DNA of 64,000 bases from Leucoraja erinacea (lineage: Eukaryota): NCBI RefSeq assembly GCF_028641065.1, contig NC_073389.1, positions 20,150,001 to 20,214,000 of the forward strand, read 5' to 3'. The notes beneath the pieces were generated by a model that saw only the letters and a program-made list of their open reading frames with translations, searched no databases and was not told the origin of the DNA. A program made the translations under genes and the position numbers. Below are positions 36,693 through 49,550 of this stretch, one piece after another (within the stretch, counting starts at the first letter, position 1; every line of letters begins with the position of its first letter).

Positions 36693-37494
36693 AATCCTAT
36701 TCCAAGATTTAGGATACCTCTTTCTCCTATCGAATAATGGAAAAGATTGTAGACAAAGAATTCAATGCCAATCTTATGTGGCTTTAAACCAGATTGGAAT
36801 ATAGAAGAGAGGAGGCTGAAAAATACTCTTAGCATTCATGGTTTCCATTGTCCCAAATGAGTCATTTTTGGAAGATTTAACTGCGCCCATGATTCAGTTT
36901 TAGATCCTGTGTTCGACCTTTTTATGTTTCTTACATCTGACAAAATATAACTTTGATTTCATATGTTTCATATTTAATAACAGCAACAATGAGTCATTAA
37001 TATTTAATATTTTGTCAGCAGTAAGTAGACAAATTAGATTCTTTGCATGAGAAATAATGAGAGTGGAACTCAAAGTTATTAAAATCCCGATATCCCATAA
37101 TATATTCAGCCACTCCTTGGGCAACATTTTGAGTCCTAATTAGAGTTGCAATGGTTAATTATTTAAACACTGATCATACATACTGTGAATCACTTTATTT
37201 TTAGAGGTTGTATTCTGTTTATAATAATTTTCAAAGTCACATATTCCTGAAAACTTGATTGCATTGGCCAGTGCTTTGAAACAAATGTTGGCCTTGACAG
37301 TCTTGCTTAATAGTTCAGTTTGAAGCACCTTTGGTTTTTTGTGAAATTACAGCAAATTGTGGATGTAGCCCAAACCATCACACAAACCAACCTCCCTTCT
37401 TTCTAATGGCTCAATGACACCCATCAGGCAAAAGGGACACGCATGAAAACACAAGCCTTCAGATTCAGGGACAGTTTCTTACCAGCTGTTATCA

Positions 37495-37940
37495 GGAAAC
37501 TGCCAGGGCTAGACGGTCTGAGCGATAGGCAGAGGTTGAGTAGGCTGGAACTCTATTACTTGGAGCGCAGGAGGATGAGGGATGATCTTATAGAGGTGAA
37601 TAAGATCATGAGAGGAATAGATTGGGTAGATGCACAGAGTCTCTTGTCCAGAGTAGGTGAATTGAGGACCAGAGAAAGGTGAAGGAGAAAAGATTGAATC
37701 GGAATCTGAGGGGTAACTTTTTCACACAAAGGGTGATGGATGTATGGTACAGGAGGTAATTGAGGCTGGGATTCTCCCAACATTTAAGAAGCAGTTAACC
37801 AGGTACATGGATAGGACAGGTTTGGAGGTATATGGACCAAATGCTGGCAGGTGGGTCTAGTGTAGCTGGGACATGTTGGCCGGCGTGGACAGGTTGGGCC
37901 AAAGGGCCTGTTTTCACACAGTATCACTCTATGACTCTAA
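37495..37940 (+). mobile_element. CR1/HER1 LINE 3' fragment nested in a Rex1-type 3' fragment (37345-38145)
   Basis: LPGLDGLS..QRLSRLELY.LERRRMR.DLIEV.KIMRGID. Confidence 0.85.
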
Positions 37941-38145
37941 CTGAACCATCCTACCATAAACCCCGAGAGCAGTGCTGAATTACCATCAATCTCTTTGGTG
38001 ACCCTCGGACTATTCTTGATCGGACTTTGTTGGCTTTACCTTGCACTAAAGGTTATTCCCTTATCGTGTATCTATACACCGTAAATGATTTGATTGTAAT
38101 CATGTATTGTCTTTTTGCTGTCTGGATAGCATGCAACAATAGGTT

Positions 38146-38477
38146 TAGCCTTGTCCCACGGTACGAATTCATTCCAAGAGCTCTCCCGAGTTTAAAAACA
38201 TCAAATTCATGGTAAGCACGGAGAATGAACGTAGCGGGTACGTCGGAGCTCGGGGACCTCTCTTAGTGGCTCGTAACGCTAACGGCAGGTACTCGGGAAG
38301 ACTCGCTAATGGCAGGTAAGCACGGGAAGACTCGTGAAGATTTTTCAACATGATGAAAAATGTCCACGAGAGCCCCGAGTACCGACGAGTGGCCATTACC
38401 GTAAATCTCCCGAGTTAGAATCAGTGCAAACTCGGGAGAGCTCTTGGAATGAACTCGTACCGTGTGGGACAGGGGTT
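38146..38477. mobile_element. PIF/Harbinger-type MITE
   Basis: Close copy of 27501-27814 with the same TIRs; TAA on the right flank. Confidence 0.85.
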
Positions 38478-38914
38478 TAACTCTGTACACATGGCAATAA
38501 ACTAAATTGAACTAAAACGGAACTGAACTTTTCCATCGACTTCTATTTTTTATTGCTGCTTTGTGATGGTGTGCTTTGATGCGGCTAGGTCTCATTATGT
38601 TAGATGATGACATGATATGGGACTTTTGTTTTTAAAAAATGGCGTTCTAATCTCAACAAAAACATAGTACAGTAGCATAGTTTTTTCTCATTTGTCTTCA
38701 AATTTATTGTCAGGACCTATATTTGGGCAGATTTATAGTGCAGTTTGCACCGCAGTCATTTTCATGACATCACACTCCTTTCTTTAAACACTATTGTGGA
38801 GTTAATATTCAATTCAAATGGCAGCTGACAGAGAAAAGTCTTCCAACTCACAGTTAAACATTCCCAAAAAAGGAGATCCACCCAAATTCATTGCTGGTAG
38901 GTTTGATTAGAATG

Positions 38915-39216
38915 TTTAGTTTAATTTAGAGGCACAACATTGAAACAGGCCCTTCAGCCCACCGAGCCCATGCCGACCGACAATCACCACATACACTAGT
39001 TCTATCCTACCTACCGGAGAGATTTGCAGAAGGCAAATAACCTTCACACCTGTACGTCTTTGGAATGTGGGAGGAAACCGGAGCACACGAAGAAAATCCA
39101 TGTGGTCACAGGCAGAATATGCAAATTCCGTACAGACAACACCCATAGTCAAGATCGAACCCGGGCCCCTGGCGCTGTAAGGCCGCACCTCCACTGCTGC
39201 GCCACTGTGTCGCCCT
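38915..39216 (-). mobile_element. V-SINE
   Basis: Full length on the minus strand. Confidence 0.85.
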
Positions 39217-39934
39217 AACAACTGTTACAACAAATTATGGAAAATGGGCCAGATTGAAAGGGAATTCCTGCTCTATTTTCCCCAAATAACCTAATGAATT
39301 AGGCTGATTTATTTATAATCTTTCTTGCACCAGATTTGCCATTTTGCTTTGTGGCCAGATCATTCAATATGCATGGCATGGACACTCATACAAGAAAATC
39401 TCCATTTCAGAAAAGGGGATTTTGTAATGCAAAACCATTCTAGATTAGAAATATTAGCTTATTTTTCTGCAATGTCTATGGGCAGTCAAAGATTAAAATT
39501 AAACAGGTTTTACTGCATTGCCATTGGAGCCCTGCATATAGATTGACAGTGAACATTTAATAGAACAAGGCTGTTGAATCTCACAGGAAAATGATAATTT
39601 AAGTATTGCGAAGCTTTTGACATTTGTTAAAGAATTCATAATCAACCAAAACCCACATCCCGTGACTGCCAATCCATAACCATCTGCAACTGGAGAGAGT
39701 TTAATCAATAACCCTTGGTATCGCTATGGCAGACACAAAGAACTGCAGATGCTGGATTACAACAACAAAAAAAGCAAAGTACAGGTGCAACTCAGTGGGT
39801 CAGGATCATAAGTGATAGGAGCAGAATTATGCCATTTGGCCCATCAAGTCAATTCCACCATTCAATCATGGCTGATCTATCTCTCCTTCCTAACCCCATT
39901 CTCCTTCCTTCTCACCACAACCTCTGACACCCGG

Positions 39935-40215
39935 TTAGGTGACTGGTGGGGTGAAAGATGAGGACCAGTGGGAGCGAGAGCAGAACTTTGGGACACAGAG
40001 ATGCAGGTGAGGAGACAACAGGAAGACAGCCACTTTTACTAAAGAAAGAGTACAACTCTGTTGTCCAAGAATGGAAAGCCTTATCTTGGGAGCAAATGCA
40101 TTGGAGACAGAGAAATTGAGAGTAGGGTAACAGCATTTTTACAAGGACCAGGGTGGGAGAAGATGTTTTCCAGATAACTGTGAGAATCCGTAGGTTTGTA
40201 GCAGAACTTTAAAGG
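39935..40215 (-). pseudogene. Penelope ORF fragment (RT thumb/linker), frameshifted
   Basis: YKPTDSHSYL...SHP..CKNA and PYSQFL.L..ICSQD.AFH in adjacent frames. Confidence 0.8.
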
Positions 40216-41269
40216 CAAGAACTGAATACAGCTTGTCTCTTGTATAAAGTTAACAATGATGATCAGATCGGTGGACCCCATCTGCCAGATAACCGGAGAA
40301 ATAACTTAAATAATTTACATTTAACTCTAGAAATAACCATGATCTTAAAATATGGATGAAATCTCTTCAGCACTTTGACAAGAAATTACCACTCAGCTTG
40401 GATTGAGTTGGCTAAGAATAATTCCCGACATTTAATTTCACATTAGCTGAAAATAATGAATTTGGTTTCAGACTAAAATTGGTTCCCTGTCTGATGGCGT
40501 TCAGGGTGAAATCTCTGCATTACACGGGGTCTTTGAAGTTGAACTCCATGAATATCAGCATGAAATATTTGTTGCATTGATATGCCACGGTCAGTGTGCT
40601 ATCTTTTTTAAACAGCGAGATCAATTAAACAGCGAGATCAATAAACCTCCTTTAAAAAAAGTTCCGGAGGAATAGTATTTGAACATTTGCAGCATTCACG
40701 GACCAATTTTCTTACACTGGCCAAAGAGATTACACCAGTCTACATAACATCAGGAGATTAGTTTTGACAACCCATCCTGTGTTAGCATGTGAGGAAATTG
40801 GATATGAAGAAATTCTTGAGAGGCAATATTCATAGCCACATGAACAGTGAAGTTGAAAATGAATGCTTTGCACATTTTGAAATCCCTCTGCATCGATGAT
40901 GTAGACACTGGATCAGATGCTTGGTGCATTTTGTAACACTTGGCCTAGACATTTAGTAGTTTGTTGGTTGTAGGTTAAACTCTTCCATTGATCTTCATTT
41001 TGTTAAGATTACTATTGTTTAAAAAAAAGCCTTCTAGTTGATTGAATAATTGGCATGGATACATTATTTCTAACATAGTTAGCAATAAATTAAAAGAGAA
41101 ATTCAATGGGCATATTTGAAAGATGTAGATGTCAGGGAAGGTAAAAGTTACATTAGGGTGGCATGGTGGTGCAGCGCTAGAGTTACAGCCTTCCAGCGCC
41201 AGAGATCTGGGTTTGACTCTGACCATGGGTCCTGTCCGTGCGGAGTTTGTACATTCTCCTGGAGTCGTT

Positions 41270-41553
41270 CACCTAGAGTTCGTATGTTTGCCCACCGAGT
41301 CCGTGTCAACCACCAATCACCCCGTACACTGGCACTATCCTATACACTAACAACATTTTACAATTTTTACCAAAGCCAATTAATCTAAAAACCTGTTCCT
41401 CTATGGAGTGTGGGAGGAAACTGGAGCACCCAGAGAAAACCCACGAGGTCACAGGCAGAACGTACAGCTCTGTACAGCCAACACCCGTAGTCAGGATCGA
41501 ACCCGGGTTTCTGCGCTGTAAGGCAGCAACTCTACCGCTGCATCACTGTGCCT
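41270..41553 (-). mobile_element. V-SINE, next to an opposite-strand SINE head at 41157-41260
   Basis: Direct reading of both heads. Confidence 0.8.
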
Positions 41554-43077
41554 TCCTGTTTTGGATTTGTTTTCTAACTATGTAGTTTTGCACCAATGTC
41601 TTGTTTTTATTTGCACGTTCCTTGTCTTGTGTAAAATGGATGTGTAATTTATGTATGTTGTCTGTATTTGTGTGTTGTCTATGTGCCTTTGCTGCTGCTG
41701 CAAGCAAGGGTTTAATTGTACATATCTCATTGGACGTCTGAGGATCATCTTTTCAGTCATGTAAGGCAGCAACTCTATCGCAGCGTCATTGTGCCGCTGG
41801 TTTCTCTGCGGAATTACTGTCACTCTGCGACACTGACTTTTAGTGCTCACTGTCCCACAACTGCTCCCGCCAGAAAAGGATCACTAGGATGATACAGAAA
41901 CAGTTGGAATGGCAACAAGGATGCAACATTCACAACTCACCCACTTGTCCATGTCTCCCAGCTTCTTTGGTTCCCCCTATGTGGTAGCATCTGCCTGGCA
42001 TGCAACAAGTTCTTCAGCCTCCTCAGGACCCACACAACTGGATTAGAAGCAATTCCTCAACCCTGAGGGACCACCTAAGACGTTAATTTCACACACATTC
42101 TAGCATTAGAATTAGGCCATTTGACACAGCAAGTCAACTCCACCATTCAATCATGGCCGATCTATCTTTCACTCTCAACCCCATTCTCCTGCCATCTCCC
42201 CATTACCCCAGACACCCTTACTAATCAAGAATCTCTCAAACCCCGCCTTAAAAATATCCATTGACTTGGCCTCCACGGCCATTTATGGAAATACGAGGAA
42301 GCAATGTAGTCAGAGAGACAAGCAACAAGTGAAATTAAACATTCAGAAGGTGAATGTGGAGACATGCAAATGAAAGAGAGAGTGGAGGTTCAGAGATGCG
42401 GATTCTGAAAGCCTGAGTGGGCACCGTTAAAGCCATAAAATGTCAACAGCATTTTAGGTTGTATAACAAGAGAGCAGAGTAGGAAAATTAATGATAAATT
42501 TCTACATTGATTGGGCTACAGAGCACTGTCTGTGGTTTTAGTGCCTCATTACAGAAAGAGCATTAAAGCCATAGAGAACAGTCAGCATACATTCATCAAA
42601 ATAATGTCAAGGATGGGGAAGGATAGTTACGAGGATATATTGTGACTTTTTACATGGAAGCAAAGAATTTGATTTATTAGACCCTATATTTTTAAACAAT
42701 TAAAGCCATTATTACAGTAAATAGGGAGGGATTGTATCCTATGTTTAACAATCAGTGACCTTTATAATCAGTCAACAACAGAGTGGGAAGATGGTGAATA
42801 ACATCTTTGAGGGAAAGGTTCCGCTGTGGGAACATGAAGCAGTGCACGGTTACGTTAAAGATCTCTGCATGCGTTAGGAGAAAATTAGATAAATATTTGA
42901 AACAACCTAATATTGAGGGCTGTGGGAGGAGAGCAGAGTGATTTGATCTGTTTGCATGGCAATAAATAAATGATTTTGATTCAACAAGTCAAGTGTCTTC
43001 TGTCTAAAAGTATAAATCTGTGGTTGGAAGGGAGATGGTTTAATTGATGGCAACACTGGCACATTGTGAAAAATATA

Positions 43078-43245
43078 CGTCTTCTAGATGCGCTGGGACG
43101 CATCCTCAGTGATGTGATCTGGGGTCATCGGGTGTTTCGGGTCTCACAACATCAGACACCCTCGCCCAGGCGACCCAGCCGGGGTTGATCAGGCCCCGAC
43201 TTGCATCCCAGCAGCAACCGCCCACGGATCAGCCATCTTAATAAC
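43078..43245 (-). mobile_element. HERO-like (R2/NeSL group) non-LTR retrotransposon, extreme 3' end
   Basis: C-terminus IKMADPWAVAAGMQVGA* followed by tcaaccccggctgggtcgcctgggcgagggtgtctgatg...cgaaacaccc, recalled as resembling fish HERO 3' ends. Confidence 0.6.
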
Positions 43246-43565
43246 TACTCTGCAGGGGTTGGGAGATTCTAGTGCGTGGAGGGACTGGACTCTGTGGGGT
43301 GAGTCCTGGCCGGGCTCCTCCTGCGTCTCACCAGGTTCAAGGCCTGTGCGTTGCACCTCTTTCTCCTTCTCTGAGCATTTCATTCTTACAAGATGGATGT
43401 ACCTCACTTTATAATATCCAAAGTAAGTCTGGTTATGTCCACCATAAGATGCATCTTAAAAGACTTCAGTTTGCTGGTAATTTTATCCCTTAAAATAATA
43501 CGGTTAAAGGCTAAAGTCTTACCCCATAGGAGTAACACTTCACATCTGTTATATTGACAGTAGTA

Positions 43566-43958
43566 TTTAGAGTTTTAGAGATACATTGTGGAAACAGGCC
43601 CTTTGGCCCACTGACTCCGTGCCGCCCAGCGAACACTTGTACACTAGTTTAAACTTTAGACTTTAAAGACACAATGTGGAAACACATTCTTTGTGGCATC
43701 GAGTCCACGCAGACCAGCAATCGCCCCGTACGCTAACCAACATAAATGAGGGAGAAATTTTACTACTTACCGGAGCCAATTGACTTACAAACCTGTACGT
43801 CTGTGGAATGTGGGAGGAAACTGAAGCACCTGGGGGAAATCCATGCAGTAACAGGGAGAACATACAAACCTGGTACAGACAGCATCTGTAGTCGGGATGA
43901 ATCCCAGCTCTCTGGCGCTGTAAGGCAGCAACACCACTGCTGCACCACTGTGCCGCCC
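43566..43958 (-). mobile_element. V-SINE with a duplicated 3' tail
   Basis: Two consecutive tail segments (43566-43650, 43652-43740). Confidence 0.8.
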
Positions 43959-43999
43959 AGTAATGCTGTGCTGAGTGAGTTTTTTAAGGAATACATTCA

Positions 44000-44220
44000 G
44001 GTAACTCCCAGGGTGTCCTCTTAAATAAAGCTTTGGAGCTCTTGCATCCGGTTTAGCTTTGAAGCAGATGACAACCTGCTTCAGTGCATCATTTAAAATA
44101 TGTTGTCTCCAATAATACAGTACTTTGAGTACTCCACTGCCAGCCTGCAATGATGTGCTCAAGTCTCTGAAGTGGAACTCATGCAACTTGCTGTCTCTGA
44201 GGCATGTGCCACAGCTGATA
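44000..44220 (-). mobile_element. Ancient DeuSINE-like remnant
   Basis: cagagacttgagcaca...caggctg...gagtact resembling the head and Deu-domain of SacSINE1/AmnSINE. Confidence 0.45.
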
Positions 44221-45799
44221 TTTCACTGCACTCTCACAGGGTTATTCTCATTGTGTTACATCCTGTGCAATACTGGAGACAGGAGTGTCCCACTAAAGTG
44301 TCATGGTCGAGCATCTCTGTAAATGACTTTTGAAAGGAAATCCCCTGGATATTTGTTCATTTAAATGTTTTGAAAGAAACCTCTTTCACTGTTTCACTGA
44401 CACAGAGAAAACGAACAAGGAAGGCCTTGACTCAAATTGTTTTTTGCAGTCGCACAGGGTTAGAAGGTTAATTGGTTACTGTAAATAGCCCCAAGTGTAG
44501 AGTTGAATGGTAGAATTTGAGAGAAATATGAGAACAGAATGAGATTATGTTAATTGATGATTAATGGCCTATGTAAATATGATTGCCCTAAGCCATGTTT
44601 CCATTCTTTTTTACTGTAACTCCATTGTATCCATTACCAGAATCAACAGGAAACCACTCAAGCAAGGGGTGAAGGGAATCCACCAGCACTCGTTTTCTAA
44701 TTGTCCAACATGGTTGAGTTTTACTTTTTTATTTATTTTTTAGTTTCCAAGAGACAACATGGAAACAGGCCTTTTGGCCCACCGGATCCATGCCGTTCAT
44801 TGATCACTCATACAATAGTTTATCCTGCACAATAGGTACAATTTACAGAAGCCAATTAACTTACAAACCTAAAGTCTAGAGTCTAAAGCTAAAGTCTGAA
44901 TAAGGGTTCTGACCAGAAACATTGCCTATTCCTTTTCTCCAGAGATGCAGCCTGACCAGCTGAGTTACTCCAGCAGTTTATGTCAATCTTTGGCGTAAAA
45001 CAGCATCTGCAGTTCCTTCCTACACATTTAACCTACAAACTTGCACATCTTTGGAATATGGGAGGAAACCGGAGCACCCGGAGGAAACCCGAGCGATCGT
45101 CAGGATCAAACCCAGGTCTCTGTAAGGCAGCAACTCTGCTGCTGTGCCGCCCTGATGACTAAAATGGACACAAAGTGCTGGAGTAATTCAGCAGGTCATG
45201 CAGCATCTCCGGAGAACAAGGATAGGTAACATTTTGAGTCTGGACCGTTCTCCAGGATGATTGTTGGTGGTTGGGGGGGGATGAAAGCTGGGAGACAGGT
45301 GAGGCAGGAGAAGGCATGCCATCCAATATCAAAAGTCTACCAAACCGGGAACCCCCCCATCACCTATTGTCCACCTATTACCGGCCATGCTTTTAATATT
45401 TATAAACCAGCACCTGCAAGACCTTGTATCTACAAGTATGATGACCAGTTGTTTGAGGAAACTATCCCGGTGCAGAAACACATCTATTTCTATTGAGTGG
45501 AAATAGTAGAAAGGGTTGGAATCTGGAAGAGAGGAGGGACAAAGCTGACTTCGCTATTTTTTCAACAATGGAAGAATTGTAGTTCATTCCAGTCAGAATT
45601 TTCTACTTTAGAATTTATTTAGTTATAGTGACAATTATGGAAGACCAGAATCACTTGCTGCAGCTGTCAAATGGGTGGGCTGCTGGTGTCTTGAAATTGG
45701 AGAATGCCAGAAAAGACTGGCATTAACTTACAACAAATATGATGCAAAAACACATCATCATGCATCAGACGTCCAATGCATCAGCGTTAGTTCAGTTCC

Positions 45800-46215
45800 C
45801 AAATGCAGTTGCCAAGCATTTTAACTCCCCTTCCCATTCCCATACTGACCTTTATGTCCTGGGCCTCCTCCACTGTCAGAGTGAGGCCACATGCAAAATG
45901 GAGGAACAGGAACACCCTAATTGTACTACTAGGTCCACAGTTGTACCTCTCTCACCAGCATATCTTCCCCAGCCAACACTGGTTCATTATGGACTCCATC
46001 CTTCCCAAAGTCATCTTTTGCCAGCCCTAATTTGTTCTGCCATTTTCTCATCTCCAGAGCCCTCTCCCCCACCGCATCTGTCAGTCTGAATAAGGGTTCC
46101 GAATGGAAATGTCACCTATTCCTTTTCTCTCGAGATGCTGCCTGACCCGCTGTATTACTCCAGCATTTTCTGTCCAACTACAATATATACCAGCATCTGC
46201 ATTTCCTTCCTACAA
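45800..46215 (+). mobile_element. Penelope 3' fragment
   Basis: VAKHFNSPSHSHTDLYVLGLLHCQSEATCKMEEQ (GIY-YIG C-terminus), then the terminal repeat. Confidence 0.85.
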
Positions 46216-46579
46216 CACTAGTTTACAGCTTGTTAACAAAACCTCCCAAGCCCTTTCATTGTTTTAATCCCATCTAGTTTCAAAGCTATTTGATATATTG
46301 TAAGTGGATGCACAACATTCCTGTAATTCGAGTAATTGCTATAGATTTGATTTATTTGTTCTGTCTAAAAGAAATAATTCCTACAAATTCAGTTTGCTGT
46401 AAATATAATTTGTTTTATATTAAGCTATAGAGACATCTGCTGCTTTGTGAATGCAATGCACCTGTTTGTCATTACTTTTCCGTGGTATTGAAGCATTAAT
46501 ATCAAAATCATCTCAAAGATTTTTTTTCACAACTCTTTGTCCTCTTCCCTGTGTTCTGCCTCCCAATACTGTAAAGGCT

Positions 46580-46920
46580 CTGATAGCAGTGATTGAGATG
46601 CTGGGCTAACATCTGCATTCCCTGACTATTAATCCAGAGAAAATAGGTCAAGTCCCAGCAAGGAGGTTGGAAGGGTTCACAATCACATCGTTAAATCAAA
46701 GCCAGTGTCCAGAATGGTAACCAAGACACCACCAGGCTATTGTAAAAAAAAGCATTTGGAGTTTCATTAATTTCCTTCAAGCAACAAAACCTGCCATTTG
46801 CTCTGGTCAATATGTATCTGCAGATCAACCACCATGGTCAAATCGTAACTGACCCCTTGTTTCATGGGAAATTGGGAAGGAAAATAAACGTTTCAACTGG
46901 CCCAGTGTCCACTTCTGATG
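46580..46920 (+). mobile_element. Old tRNA-SINE of a second family (related remnant at ~56730-56990)
   Basis: taatccagag...aagtccca, atggtaacca, tgtaaaaa...cattaatttccttc...aaaacctgcc motifs. Confidence 0.5.
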
Positions 46921-48921
46921 TTCTTTTACCAGCACTGATCCATTTACCCCCAGTCACTTTTTTAAATAGAAACTCCCCATGCTCTGTATCTCCACCCCCC
47001 TCCACCACTCCCACCTCTCAACAACTTTTTCCTCTCAAGGGGTTAATTCACCCCTTGAACTTACCCCTTGGTTTCCTTGTCAAGTGGTAAATTCAATCAG
47101 ATAAAATAATAACAGAAAAATCAGACGGAATTTTAACACCACAGAATAATCGACAAAAACACATTGTGTGATTATGATGTAGCAGCACCTTTAATGAACA
47201 CAATTTCCTAAGGTCTTCGGCAGAAAAGTAGGCAAAATATACACGTCGATTCAAAGGTGGTTTTACTGGGAGTGAACAGAATGCAAAGCAGAAATTGCTG
47301 GAGGAGCTCAGTGCGTCAGGCAGCTTCTGCGGAGGGAAATAGACAGTTAATGATATGAGTCGGGATCCTTCTTCAGACTAAACAGAATGAAACAGATTGG
47401 TTGATTTTAATGGACAGCATGGATTATTAACCTCTCCTCAGTGGCATTTGTCATCATAATATGGAATGGCCTGGGACTAATTGTGAACTTTCGGCAGATT
47501 TTATCTCCATAGTTGTTTAGCATTCCCAGGCAACTTCTTGGCAAGTCTGAAAAAGGGTCCCGACCTAAAACGTCACCCACCCTGTTTTTCCAGATATGCT
47601 GCCTGACCCATTGAGTTACTCCAGCACATCATGTCAAACATCTTGGCAAATCTCCTTTGCATTCATTTAAATGCCATAACATCCTCCCTCTTCATGCTGT
47701 GATCGGAATTGCACTTGATATTCCAACAGTGACCTATCCGCATTTTTTTAAAGTTGTGCCATGATCTTACACGACCTCTGTGATCTTACATTCTTTGTCC
47801 AGACCAATGAGGGCCAACATCCCGTAACATACCTGGGGCGGTGCAAATAGGAGGATATTAAATGAAACAGATGGAGAGAAAATATCTCCGCTCAATCCCA
47901 GGCATTCGCTTTTGTTCTCTGTGTCCTTCCCCTTTCCTAGCATTTAAAATTATATCTACATTTTCAACATTTGACTGAAGATCATCAATTTTTCACATTG
48001 TTTCTCTTTTCACAAATACAAGACCAGGTAATTTTCGTCTTTATTTCCAGCAACTATTGTATTTTCAGGTGTAAGAGAATTCATACTTTACATTCAAAAT
48101 CACAAAGTCTGCGAGCATTTTAAACCATGATTCCTTATACACAAACAATGTCAGAGACAAGTAGACAGGTTCAACTTGCCATTTGCACTTGTTCTTGACA
48201 TGTTTGCAATGCACATTGGGCCTAATAATTCAATGCAGAACCCTCAGACAGGAGAACCCAGAATTAGTCATTTTGAAAATGCTTGATATCCAATTTATTA
48301 ATGTGTTTTAGCTAAAGGCATAGAGTATCTGATTTAGCTGACTCCCAACTGCTCATTAATTGGAAATATTCTCAACAGTGTAGTCATTTCTGAGGGCTGT
48401 TTCAATTAAGTTTGACTCTTGCCCAATATTTGTTTGAATATAAAAAAGACTTGAGAGTTAAAATGTAGATACACTCAACTACATAACATAACCTCAGGCA
48501 ATTTATTATTGCATTCATGGTTTAGTATTGCCATCAAATTATGGGCATGCTTCAACATCTGCTGCAGTTATTGCCAGAAACAGAAATAATGGTAGATCCT
48601 AAAATGCTCCCGTTTTGCCATCTTAACTGCTCGCTCAAGGCATTTTCCATATTCAGAAAAGATAATTGGGAATAAAATAATCTTATAGTTTTATGATGTC
48701 CTGAAAATCATTTTAATAAAGAATTAAAGTTTTGCTCCCATGACCTTGATAGCACAAATAATCTCCAGTCTTGCAAACATTTATGTGTTTTCTTCAGACA
48801 TCCTGCTGATTTCTGATAACATTTAATGCAAGGATATCAATACAGAAATTCAGTTGTTACATTGTGAAACTGAGAAAAGAAAAAGAAAGGAAAATAGACC
48901 AGGTGCAGGGATGTTTTTTTT

Positions 48922-49550
48922 CCCTTACTGAACCTTCTGCACATGCACCATAGAAAGCAAACTGTTGAGTCCATCACTGCTTGGTTTTGGAACGGTTATG
49001 CGTAAGAACACAAGAAATTGCAGAGTTATGAATGTAGCCCAAGCCATCACACAGAGCCGACTTCCCACAGTACCACACAAAATGCTGGAATGACTCAGCA
49101 GATCCAGCAGCATCTCTGGAGAACATGGATAGATGGCGTTTTGGGTTGGGACCCTTTTCCAGACTTCCCACCATTGACACCATCTACACTTCATGTTGCC
49201 TTGGGAAAGCAGCAAACATAATCAAAGACCATTCCCATTTTGGTCATTCTTTCTTCTCCCCACCCCCTTTTGGCAGAAGATACCGAACCTTGGAAGCACG
49301 CACCATCAGACTCAGAAACAGCTTCTTCCCCTATGTTATTGGGCTTCTCAACTGTCCTTCCGTAATCTAGGCACAGTCCGATTCTCCTCTACCTCATTGT
49401 GGACATTGTCTCTGGAACTGTTCGGCTTTAACGCTGAGAGCTACATCTTCATAGTATCTTTCCCTTTGCTCTACCTATTGCATGTGAGTTTGCCCTAGTT
49501 GTATTTATGGATAGTATTATCTGAATTGATTTTAGCATACAAAACAAAGA
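48922..49550 (+). mobile_element. Rex1/Babar 3' fragment interrupted by a Penelope repeat (49072-49165)
   Basis: LPTIDTIYTSCCLGKAANIIKDHSHFGHSFFSPPPFGRRYR.L.ART.RLRNSFFP. Confidence 0.85.

Noticed and set aside
40608-40641. 17-bp exact tandem duplication (ttaaacagcgagatcaa x2)
   Set aside because: An ordinary slippage or repair duplication with no further structure.
41941-42039. Candidate minus-strand exon with a gtgagt donor
   Set aside because: The peptide is unrecognisable and such splice-like pairs arise by chance in 64 kb.
43129-43162. Hammerhead-like words in the HERO-like UTR (gggtGTCTGATG...CGAAACaccc, minus strand)
   Set aside because: The C of GUC is the same base as the C of CUGAUG, so there is no stem I. 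The core reads CUGAUGU rather than CUGANGA, and no stem II forms.
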